Made by a program: the position numbers and the translations under genes. Below the pieces are notes generated by a model. The model worked only from the letters and a program-made list of their open reading frames with translations. It ran no database searches and was not told the DNA's origin. Below, piece by piece: positions 29,716 to 40,351 of a stretch of 64,000 nt of DNA (positions are counted from its first letter, which is position 1; each line of letters starts with the position of its first letter). The DNA comes from Bacillota bacterium (GTDB taxonomy: Bacteria; Bacillota; Clostridia; Lachnospirales; Lachnospiraceae): positions 14,512-78,511 of the forward strand of contig JAEZRJ010000080.1 of NCBI GenBank assembly GCA_023412855.1, given 5' to 3'.

Positions 29716-32700
29716 ATGTATCAGAAAGTATCTACCAATTTGAATTTCGTAGAGCGCGAGAAACAGACGGAAAAGTTCTGGAAAGATGAGCGCATATTTG
29801 AAAAGAGTATGGAAAATCGCGAAGGCTGCCCGGCCTACACCTTTTATGACGGGCCTCCGACAGCAAACGGCAAGCCTCATATCGGCCATGTCCTCACCCG
29901 CGTTATCAAGGATATGATTCCAAGATACCGCACGATGAAGGGTTATATGGTTCCGAGAAAGGCCGGCTGGGATACCCACGGACTTCCGGTAGAGCTGGAG
30001 GTGGAAAAAGAATTAGGGCTGGACGGAAAAGAGCAGATCGAAGAATACGGACTCGACCCTTTCATTACCAGATGTAAGGAAAGCGTATGGAAATACAAAG
30101 GCATGTGGGAGGATTTCTCCGGTACCGTAGGTTTTTGGGCAGATATGGACGATCCGTACGTTACCTATCACGACGATTATATCGAATCGGAATGGTGGGC
30201 GCTGAAACAGATTTGGGATAAACAGCTTTTATATAAGGGCTTCAAGATCGTTCCCTACTGCCCCCGCTGCGGAACGCCCCTCTCCTCTCACGAGGTGGCA
30301 CAGGGGTATAAGGATGTAAAGGAAAAGTCCGCGGTAGCACGTTTTAAGGTAAAGGGAGAAGATGCTTATATTCTGGCATGGACCACCACGCCCTGGACGC
30401 TTCCCTCCAACGTGGCTCTTTGCGTGAATCCAACGGAAACGTATGTTAAGGTGAAGGCGGCGGATGGCTATACCTATTATATGGCCGAGGCACTTTTGGA
30501 CAGTGTGTTGGGTAAGCTGGGTGATAAAGAGAAGAATATTGCAGCATATGAAATACTGGAAACCTATACCGGCAAGGATTTGGAATACAAGGAATACGAA
30601 CCCCTTTTCGACTACGCGCTGAAAATTTGTGAGAAGCAGCATAAAAAAGCTCATTATGTGACCTGTGACAATTATGTTACGCTGACCGACGGTACGGGTG
30701 TGGTTCATATCGCCCCGGCCTTCGGTGAAGACGACGCTAACGTTGGGCGTATCTATGACCTGCCCTTCGTACAGTTGGTGGATTCCAAAGGTGAGATGAC
30801 GGCGGAGACGGACTATGCAGGAGTGTTCTGCAAAAAGGCTGATCCGATGATTCTTGCGGATCTGGAGAAGAAGGGACTGCTTTTCGATGCTCCCAAGTTC
30901 GAGCACAGCTATCCTCATTGCTGGCGCTGCGATACCCCGCTCATCTACTATGCCCGCGAGTCGTGGTTCATCAAGATGACGGCGGTAAAGGAGGACTTGA
31001 TCCGGAACAATAATACGATCAACTGGATTCCGGAATCCATCGGCAAGGGCCGTTTCGGCGACTGGCTGGAAAACATTCAGGACTGGGGAATATCCAGAAA
31101 CCGTTACTGGGGAACACCTTTAAATGTATGGGAATGTCAGGACTGCGGTAAGATGCACTCTATCGGAAGCCGTGAGGAGCTGGAGAAAATGAGCGGCAAC
31201 GAAGCGGCGAAGACCGTTGAGCTGCACAGACCTTATATCGATGAAATTACTATCCCGTGCCGGGAGTGCGGCGGCGCGATGAAGCGTGTGCCCGAAGTGA
31301 TTGACTGCTGGTTCGATTCCGGTGCGATGCCCTTTGCACAGCATCATTATCCTTTTGAAAATAAGGAGCTGTTTGAAAAGCAATTTCCGGCGCAGTTTAT
31401 CAGCGAGGCAGTGGACCAGACGAGGGGATGGTTCTATTCCCTCCTTGCAGAATCCACGCTGTTATTTAATAAATCTCCTTATGAAAATGTAATCGTGTTA
31501 GGGCACGTTCAGGATGAGAATGGCCAGAAGATGAGCAAGTCCAAGGGAAATGCGGTAGATCCCTTCGATGCTCTGGCAACCTACGGGGCAGACGCTATCC
31601 GGTGGTACTTCTATATTAATTCCGCTCCATGGCTTCCCAACCGTTTCCACGGAAAGGCAGTACAGGAGGGACAGCGAAAATTCATGGGTACGCTTTGGAA
31701 TACCTATGCGTTCTTCGTACTGTATGCGAACATCGACAGCTTCGATGCTACGAAATATGAGCTGGAATACGATAAGCTCGCAGTCATGGATAAGTGGCTG
31801 CTTTCCAAGCTTAACACGCTGGTAAAAGACGTGAATTCCTATATGGATGCCTATAAGATACCTGAGACTGCAAGAGCCTTGGACGATTTCGTGGACGATA
31901 TGAGTAACTGGTATGTGAGAAGAAGCCGCGAGCGCTTCTGGGCCAAAGGAATGGAGCAAGACAAAATTAATGCGTACATGACGCTCTATACGGCGTTAGT
32001 TACCGTAAGTAAATGCGCGGCTCCCATGATTCCTTTCATGACCGAGGACATTTACAAGAACCTTGTTGGCAGCATCGATAAGAGCGCGCCGGAGAGCATT
32101 CACCTATGTGATTTCCCGAAAGAAGATGAGAGCTTTATCGATAAGAAATTAGAAGAGAATATGGATGAGGTCCTGAAAATTGTCGTTATGGGACGCGCCT
32201 GCAGAAATACGGCAAATATCAAGAACCGTCAGCCCATCGGAAGGATGTTTGTAAAAGCGCCTCACGAGCTGGGAGCATTCTATCAGGATATTATCGTGGA
32301 GGAGCTGAATGTAAAGGAAGTAGTCTTTACAGACGATGTGCGGGAGTTCACCAGCTACAGCTTCAAACCCCAGCTTCGCACGGTAGGACCGAAATACGGC
32401 AAGCAACTGGGCGGCATCCAGAAGGAGTTAGCGTCCCTCGACGGCAACGCGGCTATGGATGAGCTGAATGCGCAGGGAGCGCTTAAGTTCGATATAAATG
32501 GTGGGTCAGTAGAGCTTTCGAAGGAGGACTTATTGATCGAGATGAGTCAGAAGGAGGGCTACGTATCGGAGGCGGACAATACGGTGACGGTAGTGCTTCA
32601 TACGGAGCTGACGGAAGAGCTGATGGAAGAAGGCTTCGTATATGAAGTGATCAGTAAGATTCAGACGATGCGTAAGGATGCCGATTTCGAAGTCATGGAC

Positions 32701-32877
32701 CACATTCGGGTATCGATTGACGGAAATGATAAAATTGCAGGTATTGTTAAGAAAAATGAGAGCATAATATCAGCGAAGGTGCTTGCGGATGAAATGGTAA
32801 CGGGGGAAACGCTTGAGGCTTCCAAGGAATGGAACGTAAACGGCGAGAACGTTACGATAAGCATCAGCAGGAAATAG
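29716..32877 (+). CDS. ileS: Isoleucine--tRNA ligase (type 2)
   Basis: DGPPTANGKPHIGH, GWDTHGLP, WTTTPWTL, ISRNRYWGTP, KMSKS; long type-2 C-terminus; Ile T-box upstream. Confidence 0.97.
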   Translation: MYQKVSTNLNFVEREKQTEKFWKDERIFEKSMENREGCPAYTFYDGPPTANGKPHIGHVLTRVIKDMIPRYRTMKGYMVPRKAGWDTHGLPVELEVEKELGLDGKEQIEEYGLDPFITRCKESVWKYKGMWEDFSGTVGFWADMDDPYVTYHDDYIESEWWALKQIWDKQLLYKGFKIVPYCPRCGTPLSSHEVAQGYKDVKEKSAVARFKVKGEDAYILAWTTTPWTLPSNVALCVNPTETYVKVKAADGYTYYMAEALLDSVLGKLGDKEKNIAAYEILETYTGKDLEYKEYEPLFDYALKICEKQHKKAHYVTCDNYVTLTDGTGVVHIAPAFGEDDANVGRIYDLPFVQLVDSKGEMTAETDYAGVFCKKADPMILADLEKKGLLFDAPKFEHSYPHCWRCDTPLIYYARESWFIKMTAVKEDLIRNNNTINWIPESIGKGRFGDWLENIQDWGISRNRYWGTPLNVWECQDCGKMHSIGSREELEKMSGNEAAKTVELHRPYIDEITIPCRECGGAMKRVPEVIDCWFDSGAMPFAQHHYPFENKELFEKQFPAQFISEAVDQTRGWFYSLLAESTLLFNKSPYENVIVLGHVQDENGQKMSKSKGNAVDPFDALATYGADAIRWYFYINSAPWLPNRFHGKAVQEGQRKFMGTLWNTYAFFVLYANIDSFDATKYELEYDKLAVMDKWLLSKLNTLVKDVNSYMDAYKIPETARALDDFVDDMSNWYVRRSRERFWAKGMEQDKINAYMTLYTALVTVSKCAAPMIPFMTEDIYKNLVGSIDKSAPESIHLCDFPKEDESFIDKKLEENMDEVLKIVVMGRACRNTANIKNRQPIGRMFVKAPHELGAFYQDIIVEELNVKEVVFTDDVREFTSYSFKPQLRTVGPKYGKQLGGIQKELASLDGNAAMDELNAQGALKFDINGGSVELSKEDLLIEMSQKEGYVSEADNTVTVVLHTELTEELMEEGFVYEVISKIQTMRKDADFEVMDHIRVSIDGNDKIAGIVKKNESIISAKVLADEMVTGETLEASKEWNVNGENVTISISRK

Positions 32878-32885
32878 CAGTAACA

Positions 32886-32924
32886 GGCGGCAGATTCCGG
32901 AAAAAAGGATTTTGCCGCCGTTTT
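32886..32924 (+). terminator. Intrinsic terminator after ileS
   Basis: GGCGGCAGATTCC / GGATTTTGCCGCC plus TTTT. Confidence 0.7.
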
Positions 32925-32995
32925 CTTATCTTATTGCTTTTTTTGCCACATATTGTATAATTATGAATAGAAAGAAGTTGGATGGGAGGTAGTAC

Positions 32996-35470
32996 ATGAT
33001 TAAGAAGGCTGCCTTGTCTTTTGACAAGGATTTATTTAAAAGAAGTGTAGTTTATAATGTAAAAACGTTATATAGAAAAAGTATGGAGGAGGCCTCACCT
33101 CAGCAGATTTTTCAGGCGGTATCTTATGCCATCAAGGATGCGATCGTCGATAAGTGGATGAAGACGCAGGAAGAATATGAGAAGCAGGACCCTAAAATGG
33201 TTTATTACCTTTCCATGGAATTTCTGATGGGAAGGGCGCTCGGCAACAATATTATCAATCTGCAGGCCTATGAGCCGGTAAAGGAAGCGCTGGAAGAACT
33301 GGGCGTGGACATCAACGCAATAGAAGATCAGGAACCGGATGCGGCACTGGGTAATGGCGGTCTGGGAAGGCTTGCCGCTTGTTTTCTCGATTCCCTGGCT
33401 ACTTTGGGTTATCCGGCATACGGCTGCGGTATCCGTTACCGTTACGGGATGTTCAAGCAGCAGATTCGCGACGGTTATCAGATAGAGGTACCCGATAACT
33501 GGCTGGAGAACGGCAATCCCTTCGAGCTGAGAAGACCGGAATATGCCAAAGAGGTAAAGTTCGGCGGTTATGTGAATGTATATGTGGATGAGAACGGCAG
33601 GAGCAATTTCAAGCAAGAGGGCTACCAGTCGGTGAATGCTATCCCTTACGATTTGCCCATCGTAGGCTATGGAAACGGCATTGTGAATACGCTGCGCATC
33701 TGGGATGCTCAGCCGGTGGAGTGTTTCCGGCTGGAATCCTTCGATAAGGGCGACTATCAGAAAGCGGTGGAGCAGGAGAATCTGGCAAGAAATATCGTTG
33801 AGGTGCTCTATCCCAACGATAACCATTATGCAGGCAAGGAGCTTCGCTTAAAGCAGCAATATTTCTTCATATCGGCATCGGTCCAGGCGGCAGTGGCGAA
33901 GTATATGCGAAAGCATGAGGATATCCGCAGATTCCACGAGAAGGTTACCTTCCAGTTGAACGATACTCACCCGACCGTGGCGATTGCCGAGCTGATGCGC
34001 ATCCTTATGGATGAGTATTATCTTACATGGGATGAGGCGTGGGCGGTCACCACGAAGACCTGTGCTTATACGAACCACACCATTATGTCGGAAGCGCTGG
34101 AAAAGTGGCCTATAGAACTGTTCTCCAGGCTGCTGCCCAGAGTTTACCAGATCGTAGAGGAAATCAACCGCCGCTTTGTGAAGCAGATAGAGCAAATATA
34201 TCCCGGTAATCATGAAAAAATCCGTAAGATGGCAATTATCTATGACGGCCAGGTCAAAATGGCACATCTTGCCATCGCCTCCGGCTATTCGGTAAACGGC
34301 GTGGCCAGACTGCATACGGAAATATTGAAAAAGCAGGAGCTCAGAGATTTCTATGAGATGATGCCGAATAAGTTCAGCAATAAGACAAACGGTATTACGC
34401 AGAGACGTTTTCTCCTCCACGGGAACCCGCTTCTGGCGGATTGGATTACTTTTCATATAGGTTCCGACTGGATTACTGACCTTACGAGACTGACCAAGCT
34501 GAAGGTCTATGCGGACGATGAGAAGGCCCAGCAGGAATTCATGAACATTAAATATAAGAATAAGATTCGCCTGGCAGATTATATTCTGGAGCACAACGGC
34601 ATCGAAGTGGATCCGAGATCGATTTTCGACGTTCAGGTAAAGAGGCTTCATGAGTATAAAAGACAGCTTTTAAATATTCTTCATATCATGCACCTTTATA
34701 ATCAGTTAAAGGAGCACCCGGAGATGCCTTTCTATCCGAGGACATTCATCTTCGGTGCGAAAGCGGCGGCCGGATACAGGAATGCGAAGCTGACCATCAA
34801 GCTTATCAATGCAGTAGGGGAAGTGATCAATAACGATTCCTCCATCCGCGGCAAGATCAAGGTCGTATTCATCGAGGACTACAAGGTATCCAATGCGGAA
34901 ATTATTTTTGCGGCATCGGATGTTTCCGAGCAGATATCCACAGCCAGCAAGGAGGCTTCCGGCACGGGCAACATGAAGTTCATGCTTAACGGTGCGATTA
35001 CGCTGGGAACGATGGACGGTGCCAATGTGGAAATCGTAGAAGAAGTAGGGGAAGAGAATGCGGTTATCTTCGGTCTTAGCTCCGACGAGGTCATTCGTTA
35101 TGAGAACTTCGGCGGTTATGACCCTATGGAAATATTCAACAACAATTCCGATGTCAGAAAAGTGCTGATGCAGCTGATTAACGGTACTTATTCTAAGAAT
35201 GATCCGGATTTGTTCCGTCCGCTCTACAATTCACTGTTGAATACGCTGAGTACAGCTAAGGCGGATACGTACTTTATTCTGAAGGACTTCGAGTCCTATG
35301 CGGAAGCACAGAAAAAAGTGGAGGCGGCATACCGGGATGAAAAGGGATGGGCAAGGAGCGCTATTTTAAATGTGGCCTGCTCCGGCAAATTCTCCTCTGA
35401 CAGAACCATCGAAGAATATGTGAAGGATATATGGCATTTGGATAGAGTAGTTTTACCTCTAAAGAAGTAA
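32996..35470 (+). CDS. glgP: Glycogen/starch phosphorylase (GT35)
   Basis: LGNGGLGRLAACFLDS, QLNDTHP, KRLHEYKRQ, EASGTGNMKFMLNG PLP-lysine motif. Confidence 0.97.
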   Translation: MIKKAALSFDKDLFKRSVVYNVKTLYRKSMEEASPQQIFQAVSYAIKDAIVDKWMKTQEEYEKQDPKMVYYLSMEFLMGRALGNNIINLQAYEPVKEALEELGVDINAIEDQEPDAALGNGGLGRLAACFLDSLATLGYPAYGCGIRYRYGMFKQQIRDGYQIEVPDNWLENGNPFELRRPEYAKEVKFGGYVNVYVDENGRSNFKQEGYQSVNAIPYDLPIVGYGNGIVNTLRIWDAQPVECFRLESFDKGDYQKAVEQENLARNIVEVLYPNDNHYAGKELRLKQQYFFISASVQAAVAKYMRKHEDIRRFHEKVTFQLNDTHPTVAIAELMRILMDEYYLTWDEAWAVTTKTCAYTNHTIMSEALEKWPIELFSRLLPRVYQIVEEINRRFVKQIEQIYPGNHEKIRKMAIIYDGQVKMAHLAIASGYSVNGVARLHTEILKKQELRDFYEMMPNKFSNKTNGITQRRFLLHGNPLLADWITFHIGSDWITDLTRLTKLKVYADDEKAQQEFMNIKYKNKIRLADYILEHNGIEVDPRSIFDVQVKRLHEYKRQLLNILHIMHLYNQLKEHPEMPFYPRTFIFGAKAAAGYRNAKLTIKLINAVGEVINNDSSIRGKIKVVFIEDYKVSNAEIIFAASDVSEQISTASKEASGTGNMKFMLNGAITLGTMDGANVEIVEEVGEENAVIFGLSSDEVIRYENFGGYDPMEIFNNNSDVRKVLMQLINGTYSKNDPDLFRPLYNSLLNTLSTAKADTYFILKDFESYAEAQKKVEAAYRDEKGWARSAILNVACSGKFSSDRTIEEYVKDIWHLDRVVLPLKK

Positions 35471-35494
35471 AATAAGAAATGATAATATAAAATG

Positions 35495-35546
35495 AAGAGC
35501 CCCTTTTGTTAGATGAGAAAATATCTAATGAAAGGGGTTTTGTTTT
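35495..35546 (+). terminator. Intrinsic terminator after glgP
   Basis: CCCCTTTTGTTAGAT / ATCTAATGAAAGGGG plus T-rich tail. Confidence 0.7.
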
Positions 35547-35572
35547 ATTTGGACTAAAAAAATGTAAGATAT

Positions 35573-35636
35573 AGAAAAAAATCTATTGAAAAAAGAAAAA
35601 GATTGTATATTATTAACAAAAAAATGTTGATACAGT
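35573..35636 (+). promoter_or_regulatory. Activator site and promoter of the MCP gene, shared with the mglB promoter
   Basis: AGAAAAA repeats 21 bp apart; AAAGAAAAAGATTGTATATT (35592-35611) matches 37509-37528 at 19/20. Confidence 0.6.
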
Positions 35637-35674
35637 AAAATAGAGCAAAATTAACTATATATGGAGGAAAGGAT

Positions 35675-37396
35675 ATGAAATCGATAAAGGTAAAAATGTT
35701 GCTTATGATCTGTATCTGGCTTTTAGTATCGGTATGCGGAATGTTTATTCTGGCAAGAAATATGAATGATACAAAAGAAGTAAGTGAAACGCTTTTGAAT
35801 CGGCAGATGCAGGATTTAGATGATATTTCCAGTTTGACGGAACAGTTTAAAAGCATACAAAGCCTAACCTTAAATCACGTAGTTTTAGGCAGAGGAATAA
35901 GGATTGAAGCAATTGAAAAGGAGATACAGGCAGCTTTTGGAGAAATAGATGTGGTGGCGGATTCTTACGAGAGCCGGATTAATAATGAAGAATGCCGCCC
36001 GATTTTTGCAGGATTACAGGAAGATCTAAAAACTTATAAGGAATTGGTCAATGATATTTTAAAATATAGCAAAGGAATTAAGAAATCCGACGCAGAACTT
36101 TTGGTAACAACGAATCTTCCGGATGTGGTCGGCAGTGCGGAAGGGAAGCTTCAGCAATTAAAAGATATTGCCAATGCTTCGGTGGTAGAAGGTAAACAAG
36201 AGTTGATAGGATATACGGAGCAAATTCCCAGTGTTCTGGCGGGTTCCATACTCCTTCTCGTTATAGCGGCTGCCGTTACGGCAATTGCCATAAATCGAAT
36301 GATCATACGTCCCGTAGTGTTTTCCACAAAGCAGCTTGGAAAGATGATTGCAGAGATAAAAAGACAGGAAGGTGACTTGAACCATCGTCTGAAAACAAAA
36401 TCAAACGATGAAATCGGCGGCTTATTAAACGGAATGAATCTGATACTCGATATTCTGCAGGGGACAATAAGCGGTGTTATTCATACATGCAGCCAGCTTG
36501 CGGTACTGCAGGAACTTGTGTACCAAAGTGCAGATAATGCGCAGCAGGGAGCAAATGATACGGCAGCGATTGTAGAAGAAATCGTTGCGGGTATGGATAA
36601 CGTGCGGGGCGCTATACTGACAGTTGCCCGTAATAACGAGGATGTTAACGCAAAGGTTCAGGGTGTGATGGAGAAGGCATTGGAAGGTTCTCAATATATC
36701 GTGGGAGTAAAAGAAAATGCGAATGTCCTTCAAAAGCAGGCAATTACAAGTAAAAATGAAGCAAGTGAGATAATAATTAAAATTGATACCACCGTCAGAA
36801 AGTCTGTGAAAGACAGCGAGAGGATAGAAGAGGTGGTAAATCTTTCCGGAGATATTTTAGGCATTGCGAATCAGACCAATTTATTGGCATTGAATGCTTC
36901 TATAGAAGCGGCAAGGGCAGGGGAGTCGGGAAGAGGCTTTGCCGTTGTGGCGGAAGAAATCAGAAAGCTGGCGGACGATTCCAAGAACATCGCCAATAAT
37001 ATTCAAAATATCAGTAATGAAGTATTTGTCACGGTGCAATCTCTGGCGGATAATGCAATGTTGCTTTTAAAGTTTGTAAATGAAAAGGTTCTTCCTGATT
37101 ATGACGTACTGGAAAAGACCGGAGTTGAATATTATGAATCCTCGGTTGTCATCGATAACATAATGAAAGAATTCTATGATGCCATGAACAGTCTCGTAAT
37201 AATGTCCGGTAAAATTGTGGATGCAAATCAAATAATGGGAGTAACCATAGAAGAAAGCCAGATAGGAATAACACATGTATCTGAAAATACAGGTGAGCTA
37301 ACGAGAGGAATGGAGCAGATTACTAAAACCTTAACAGAAATAAACATAGTAGTGGAGGAATTGCAAGGTAAAACGGAATCTTTTAAAAAATTTTAG
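35675..37396 (+). CDS. Methyl-accepting chemotaxis protein (four-helix-bundle sensor)
   Basis: Two TM helices, [37 protein letters not shown]. Confidence 0.9.
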   Translation: MKSIKVKMLLMICIWLLVSVCGMFILARNMNDTKEVSETLLNRQMQDLDDISSLTEQFKSIQSLTLNHVVLGRGIRIEAIEKEIQAAFGEIDVVADSYESRINNEECRPIFAGLQEDLKTYKELVNDILKYSKGIKKSDAELLVTTNLPDVVGSAEGKLQQLKDIANASVVEGKQELIGYTEQIPSVLAGSILLLVIAAAVTAIAINRMIIRPVVFSTKQLGKMIAEIKRQEGDLNHRLKTKSNDEIGGLLNGMNLILDILQGTISGVIHTCSQLAVLQELVYQSADNAQQGANDTAAIVEEIVAGMDNVRGAILTVARNNEDVNAKVQGVMEKALEGSQYIVGVKENANVLQKQAITSKNEASEIIIKIDTTVRKSVKDSERIEEVVNLSGDILGIANQTNLLALNASIEAARAGESGRGFAVVAEEIRKLADDSKNIANNIQNISNEVFVTVQSLADNAMLLLKFVNEKVLPDYDVLEKTGVEYYESSVVIDNIMKEFYDAMNSLVIMSGKIVDANQIMGVTIEESQIGITHVSENTGELTRGMEQITKTLTEINIVVEELQGKTESFKKF

Positions 37397-37487
37397 ACAA
37401 TCGAAATGTGAGTATAATTAAATAAGGGAGCAAAGTGTATAAAAAATAAACAATAAAAAATATAAAATAAGCAATATGACAATAAAA

Positions 37488-37553
37488 AAAGAAAAATATT
37501 CATAGCAGAAAGAAAAATATTGTATATTTTATATGTTTCCCTGTTGCTAGAAT
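37488..37553 (+). promoter_or_regulatory. Activator direct repeat and extended -10 promoter of the mgl operon
   Basis: AAAGAAAAATATT twice at 21-bp period (37488, 37509); TGcTAGAAT ending 37553. Confidence 0.65.
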
Positions 37554-37595
37554 ATGGTTGTAGGTAAAAAACATATCATTTAGGGAGGAAACCCA

Positions 37596-38726
37596 ATGAA
37601 AAGAAAAATTTTAAGCGTGATTCTTGCAACAACAATGCTCGCTACGATGCTGGTCGGCTGTGGCAGCAGCAATGGAACAACAGAAGAAGCGGCAGCGCCG
37701 AAAACAGAGGAAGCAGCACCGGCGGCTGAAGAAGCGGCACCGGCCGAAGAGGCAGCACCCGTTGAAGAAGCAGCCGAAGAAGTGGCAGAAGTAGCTGGAT
37801 GTGAGGGTGTTGATGGTCTTAATATCGGTATCTGTATTTACAAATTTGATGATAACTTCATGACCTTATACAGGGAAGAGTTAAAGTCTTACTTGGAAGC
37901 AGGCGGAGCTACCGTTACGGTAATGGATGGTAAAAACGACCAGGCAGAGCAGACGAACCAGATTCAGAACTTTATTACAGAGGGAGTTGACATATTAATT
38001 GTAAACTTAGTGCAGTCCTCGGCAGCTCAGCAGATTACCGATCAATGTGCAAAAGCGGAGATTCCGGTTGTTTTCATTAACCGCGAGCCTGCGGATGAAG
38101 AAAAAGACAGATGGGCATCTGAAGGAATTATGGCTACCTACGTTGGTGCGGATGCCAGACAGTCCGGTACATACCAGGGTGAAATCGTTAATGCGTTACC
38201 AGACAAGGGTGACATTAATGGAGATGGAACGGTTGCATATGTAATGGTAGTAGGCGATCCCGAAAATGTGGATGCACAGTACAGAACGGAATTCTCTGTA
38301 AAGGCGGTAGAAGATTCTGGAATGAAGGTTCAAAAACTGGATGAGCAGCGCGGTGACTGGGATCAGGCAAAAGGACAGGAAATCGTTGCGAATGCTTTAA
38401 CTGCATACGGTGATGAAATCGAAGTTGTATTCTGCAACAACGATGCGATGGCACTCGGTGCGAAACAGGCGATTGAAGCAGCAGGCAGAACTGTTGGTAC
38501 AGACATTTACTTATTGGGTGTTGATGCTTTAACGGAAGTTCTTGAAAATGTAATCTCCGGAGCGATTACAGGTACAGTATTCAATGATCATATCGGTCAG
38601 TCTCATGCGGCAGCGGAAGCGGCAGCAGCATTTGCGGCAGGTGAAACGCTCGATACATTAATCGGTGTAGACTACATCAAGGTTACAAAAGATAACGCAC
38701 AGGAAATTCTGGATATCATTAAATAG
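37596..38726 (+). CDS. mglB: Galactose/glucose ABC transporter binding lipoprotein
   Basis: LVGC lipobox, EEAAP linker, IYKFDDNFM, PVVFINREP, NNDAMALG, GTVFND (MglB-like). Confidence 0.85.
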   Translation: MKRKILSVILATTMLATMLVGCGSSNGTTEEAAAPKTEEAAPAAEEAAPAEEAAPVEEAAEEVAEVAGCEGVDGLNIGICIYKFDDNFMTLYREELKSYLEAGGATVTVMDGKNDQAEQTNQIQNFITEGVDILIVNLVQSSAAQQITDQCAKAEIPVVFINREPADEEKDRWASEGIMATYVGADARQSGTYQGEIVNALPDKGDINGDGTVAYVMVVGDPENVDAQYRTEFSVKAVEDSGMKVQKLDEQRGDWDQAKGQEIVANALTAYGDEIEVVFCNNDAMALGAKQAIEAAGRTVGTDIYLLGVDALTEVLENVISGAITGTVFNDHIGQSHAAAEAAAAFAAGETLDTLIGVDYIKVTKDNAQEILDIIK

Positions 38727-38750
38727 TTAAGTAGTAACGTGTTAAAATTT

Positions 38751-38780
38751 CTGGGTGTGTCAGGCGGCACACCCGGGTTT
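38751..38780 (+). terminator. Stem-loop after mglB
   Basis: CTGGGTGTGTC / GGCACACCCGG plus TTTT. Confidence 0.6.
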
Positions 38781-38821
38781 TACGCAACGATTCAGTATCA
38801 TGAGAGGAAGGTTACACTAAT

Positions 38822-40351
38822 ATGAGTAAATACATGTTAGAAATGAATGGAATATATAAAAGCTTTCCTGGAGTTCAGGCGCTGGATAATGTGACGATTA
38901 AAGTGAGACCCGGCACTGTACATGCGCTGATGGGGGAAAATGGTGCCGGTAAATCTACTTTGATGAAGTGCTTGTTCGGTATATACAAAATGGATGACGG
39001 AGAAATCATTTTCCAGGATAAACCGGTAAAAATTGCAAACGCGGATGAGGCTTTGAAAAAAGGTATTGCTATGGTGCATCAGGAGCTGCAGCCGATTCCG
39101 GAAAGAAGCATCGGGGAGAACATTTTCTGCGGCAGATATCCGTTGAAAAGTTTTGGGCCGATTAAGGTAGTAGATCATAAAAAAATGTATGCGCAGGCAG
39201 AACGCTTATTGGAAGAAGTGAGGATGCCGTATAATCCCAGAAAGAAAATGGGAACATTATCAATTTCGCAGATGCAATCAGTGGAAATTGCAAAAGCAGT
39301 TTCTATGGAAGCAAAGGTAGTTATTTTGGATGAGCCAACCTCATCTCTGACGGATAACGAGGTGGAAGCTTTATTTACCATTATTGAGGATTTGAAGAAA
39401 AAGGGTGTTTCCATCATTTATATTTCTCATAAAATGGATGAAATTCTTAGGATTTCCGATGATGTGTCCATTATGCGCGACGGACAATATGTGGGAACCT
39501 GGGAAGCGAAAGATTTAACAATGGATATGATTATTGCAAAGATGGTAGGGCGCGAACTGACCAATGTATATCCCCCAAAGGATAATGTGCCGGGAGAGGT
39601 TATTCTGGAGTTGAAAGAGCTGACAAGTATTCGCCCCGGTTCCTTTAAAAATGTAAACCTGACTATAAGAAAAGGTGAAATACTTGGAATCGGTGGTTTG
39701 GTCGGTGCACAGCGAACAGAGCTTATGGAAGCAGTATTCGGGATACGCCATATTCAATCTGGCGATATTTTTTATAAAGGGCAGAAGATAAATATCAGAC
39801 GCCCTCATGATGCGATCCAAAATGGAATTGGATTAATTACAGAGGATCGAAGAGGTACCGGCATTTTTGGTGTATTGAATATTGCGGATAACGTATCCAT
39901 TGCTTCTATCGATAAGTACTTGGATGCGGGCATTATGGTCAATGACAAAAAGGTTGAGAAGCTGGTACAGGAAAATGTGGCAAAATTAAGTATTAAAACA
40001 CCAAGCAGCAAAACCCAGATCAAATCCTTGTCCGGTGGTAACCAACAGAAGGTTGTCATATCAAGGTGGCTGGCAAATAATCCGGAAGTATTAATTATGG
40101 ATGAGCCTACACGAGGCATTGATGTCGGTGCCAAGTATGAAATCTATCAGATTATGATTGACCTGGCAAAGCAGGGAAAGGCAATTGTCATGATTTCATC
40201 AGAAATGGCAGAGCTTATCGGTGTATCGGACAGAATTGCGGTTATGTGCAATGGCCGTGTGACCGGGGAACTGACACGGGAAGAAGCTACCCAGGAGCGA
40301 ATCATGCAGCTTGCCACACACTTTGATCAAGGAGGAAATAGACATGAATAA
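38822..40351 (+). CDS. mglA: Galactose/methylgalactoside ABC transporter ATP-binding protein
   Basis: GENGAGKSTLMKCLFGIY, two ABC domains, LSGGNQQKV, DEPTRGIDVGAKYEIY. Confidence 0.9.
   Translation: MSKYMLEMNGIYKSFPGVQALDNVTIKVRPGTVHALMGENGAGKSTLMKCLFGIYKMDDGEIIFQDKPVKIANADEALKKGIAMVHQELQPIPERSIGENIFCGRYPLKSFGPIKVVDHKKMYAQAERLLEEVRMPYNPRKKMGTLSISQMQSVEIAKAVSMEAKVVILDEPTSSLTDNEVEALFTIIEDLKKKGVSIIYISHKMDEILRISDDVSIMRDGQYVGTWEAKDLTMDMIIAKMVGRELTNVYPPKDNVPGEVILELKELTSIRPGSFKNVNLTIRKGEILGIGGLVGAQRTELMEAVFGIRHIQSGDIFYKGQKINIRRPHDAIQNGIGLITEDRRGTGIFGVLNIADNVSIASIDKYLDAGIMVNDKKVEKLVQENVAKLSIKTPSSKTQIKSLSGGNQQKVVISRWLANNPEVLIMDEPTRGIDVGAKYEIYQIMIDLAKQGKAIVMISSEMAELIGVSDRIAVMCNGRVTGELTREEATQERIMQLATHFDQGGNRHE

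Noticed and set aside
33095..34651. Long antisense ORFs (243 and 267 aa) opposite glgP, and similar ones opposite ileS, ppk2 and gnpA
   Set aside because: Shadow frames of conserved genes; no RBS or recognisable motifs.
37683..37790. EEAAP-coding short repeats in mglB (similar linkers at 8760 and 52490)
   Set aside because: Ordinary low-complexity lipoprotein linkers.
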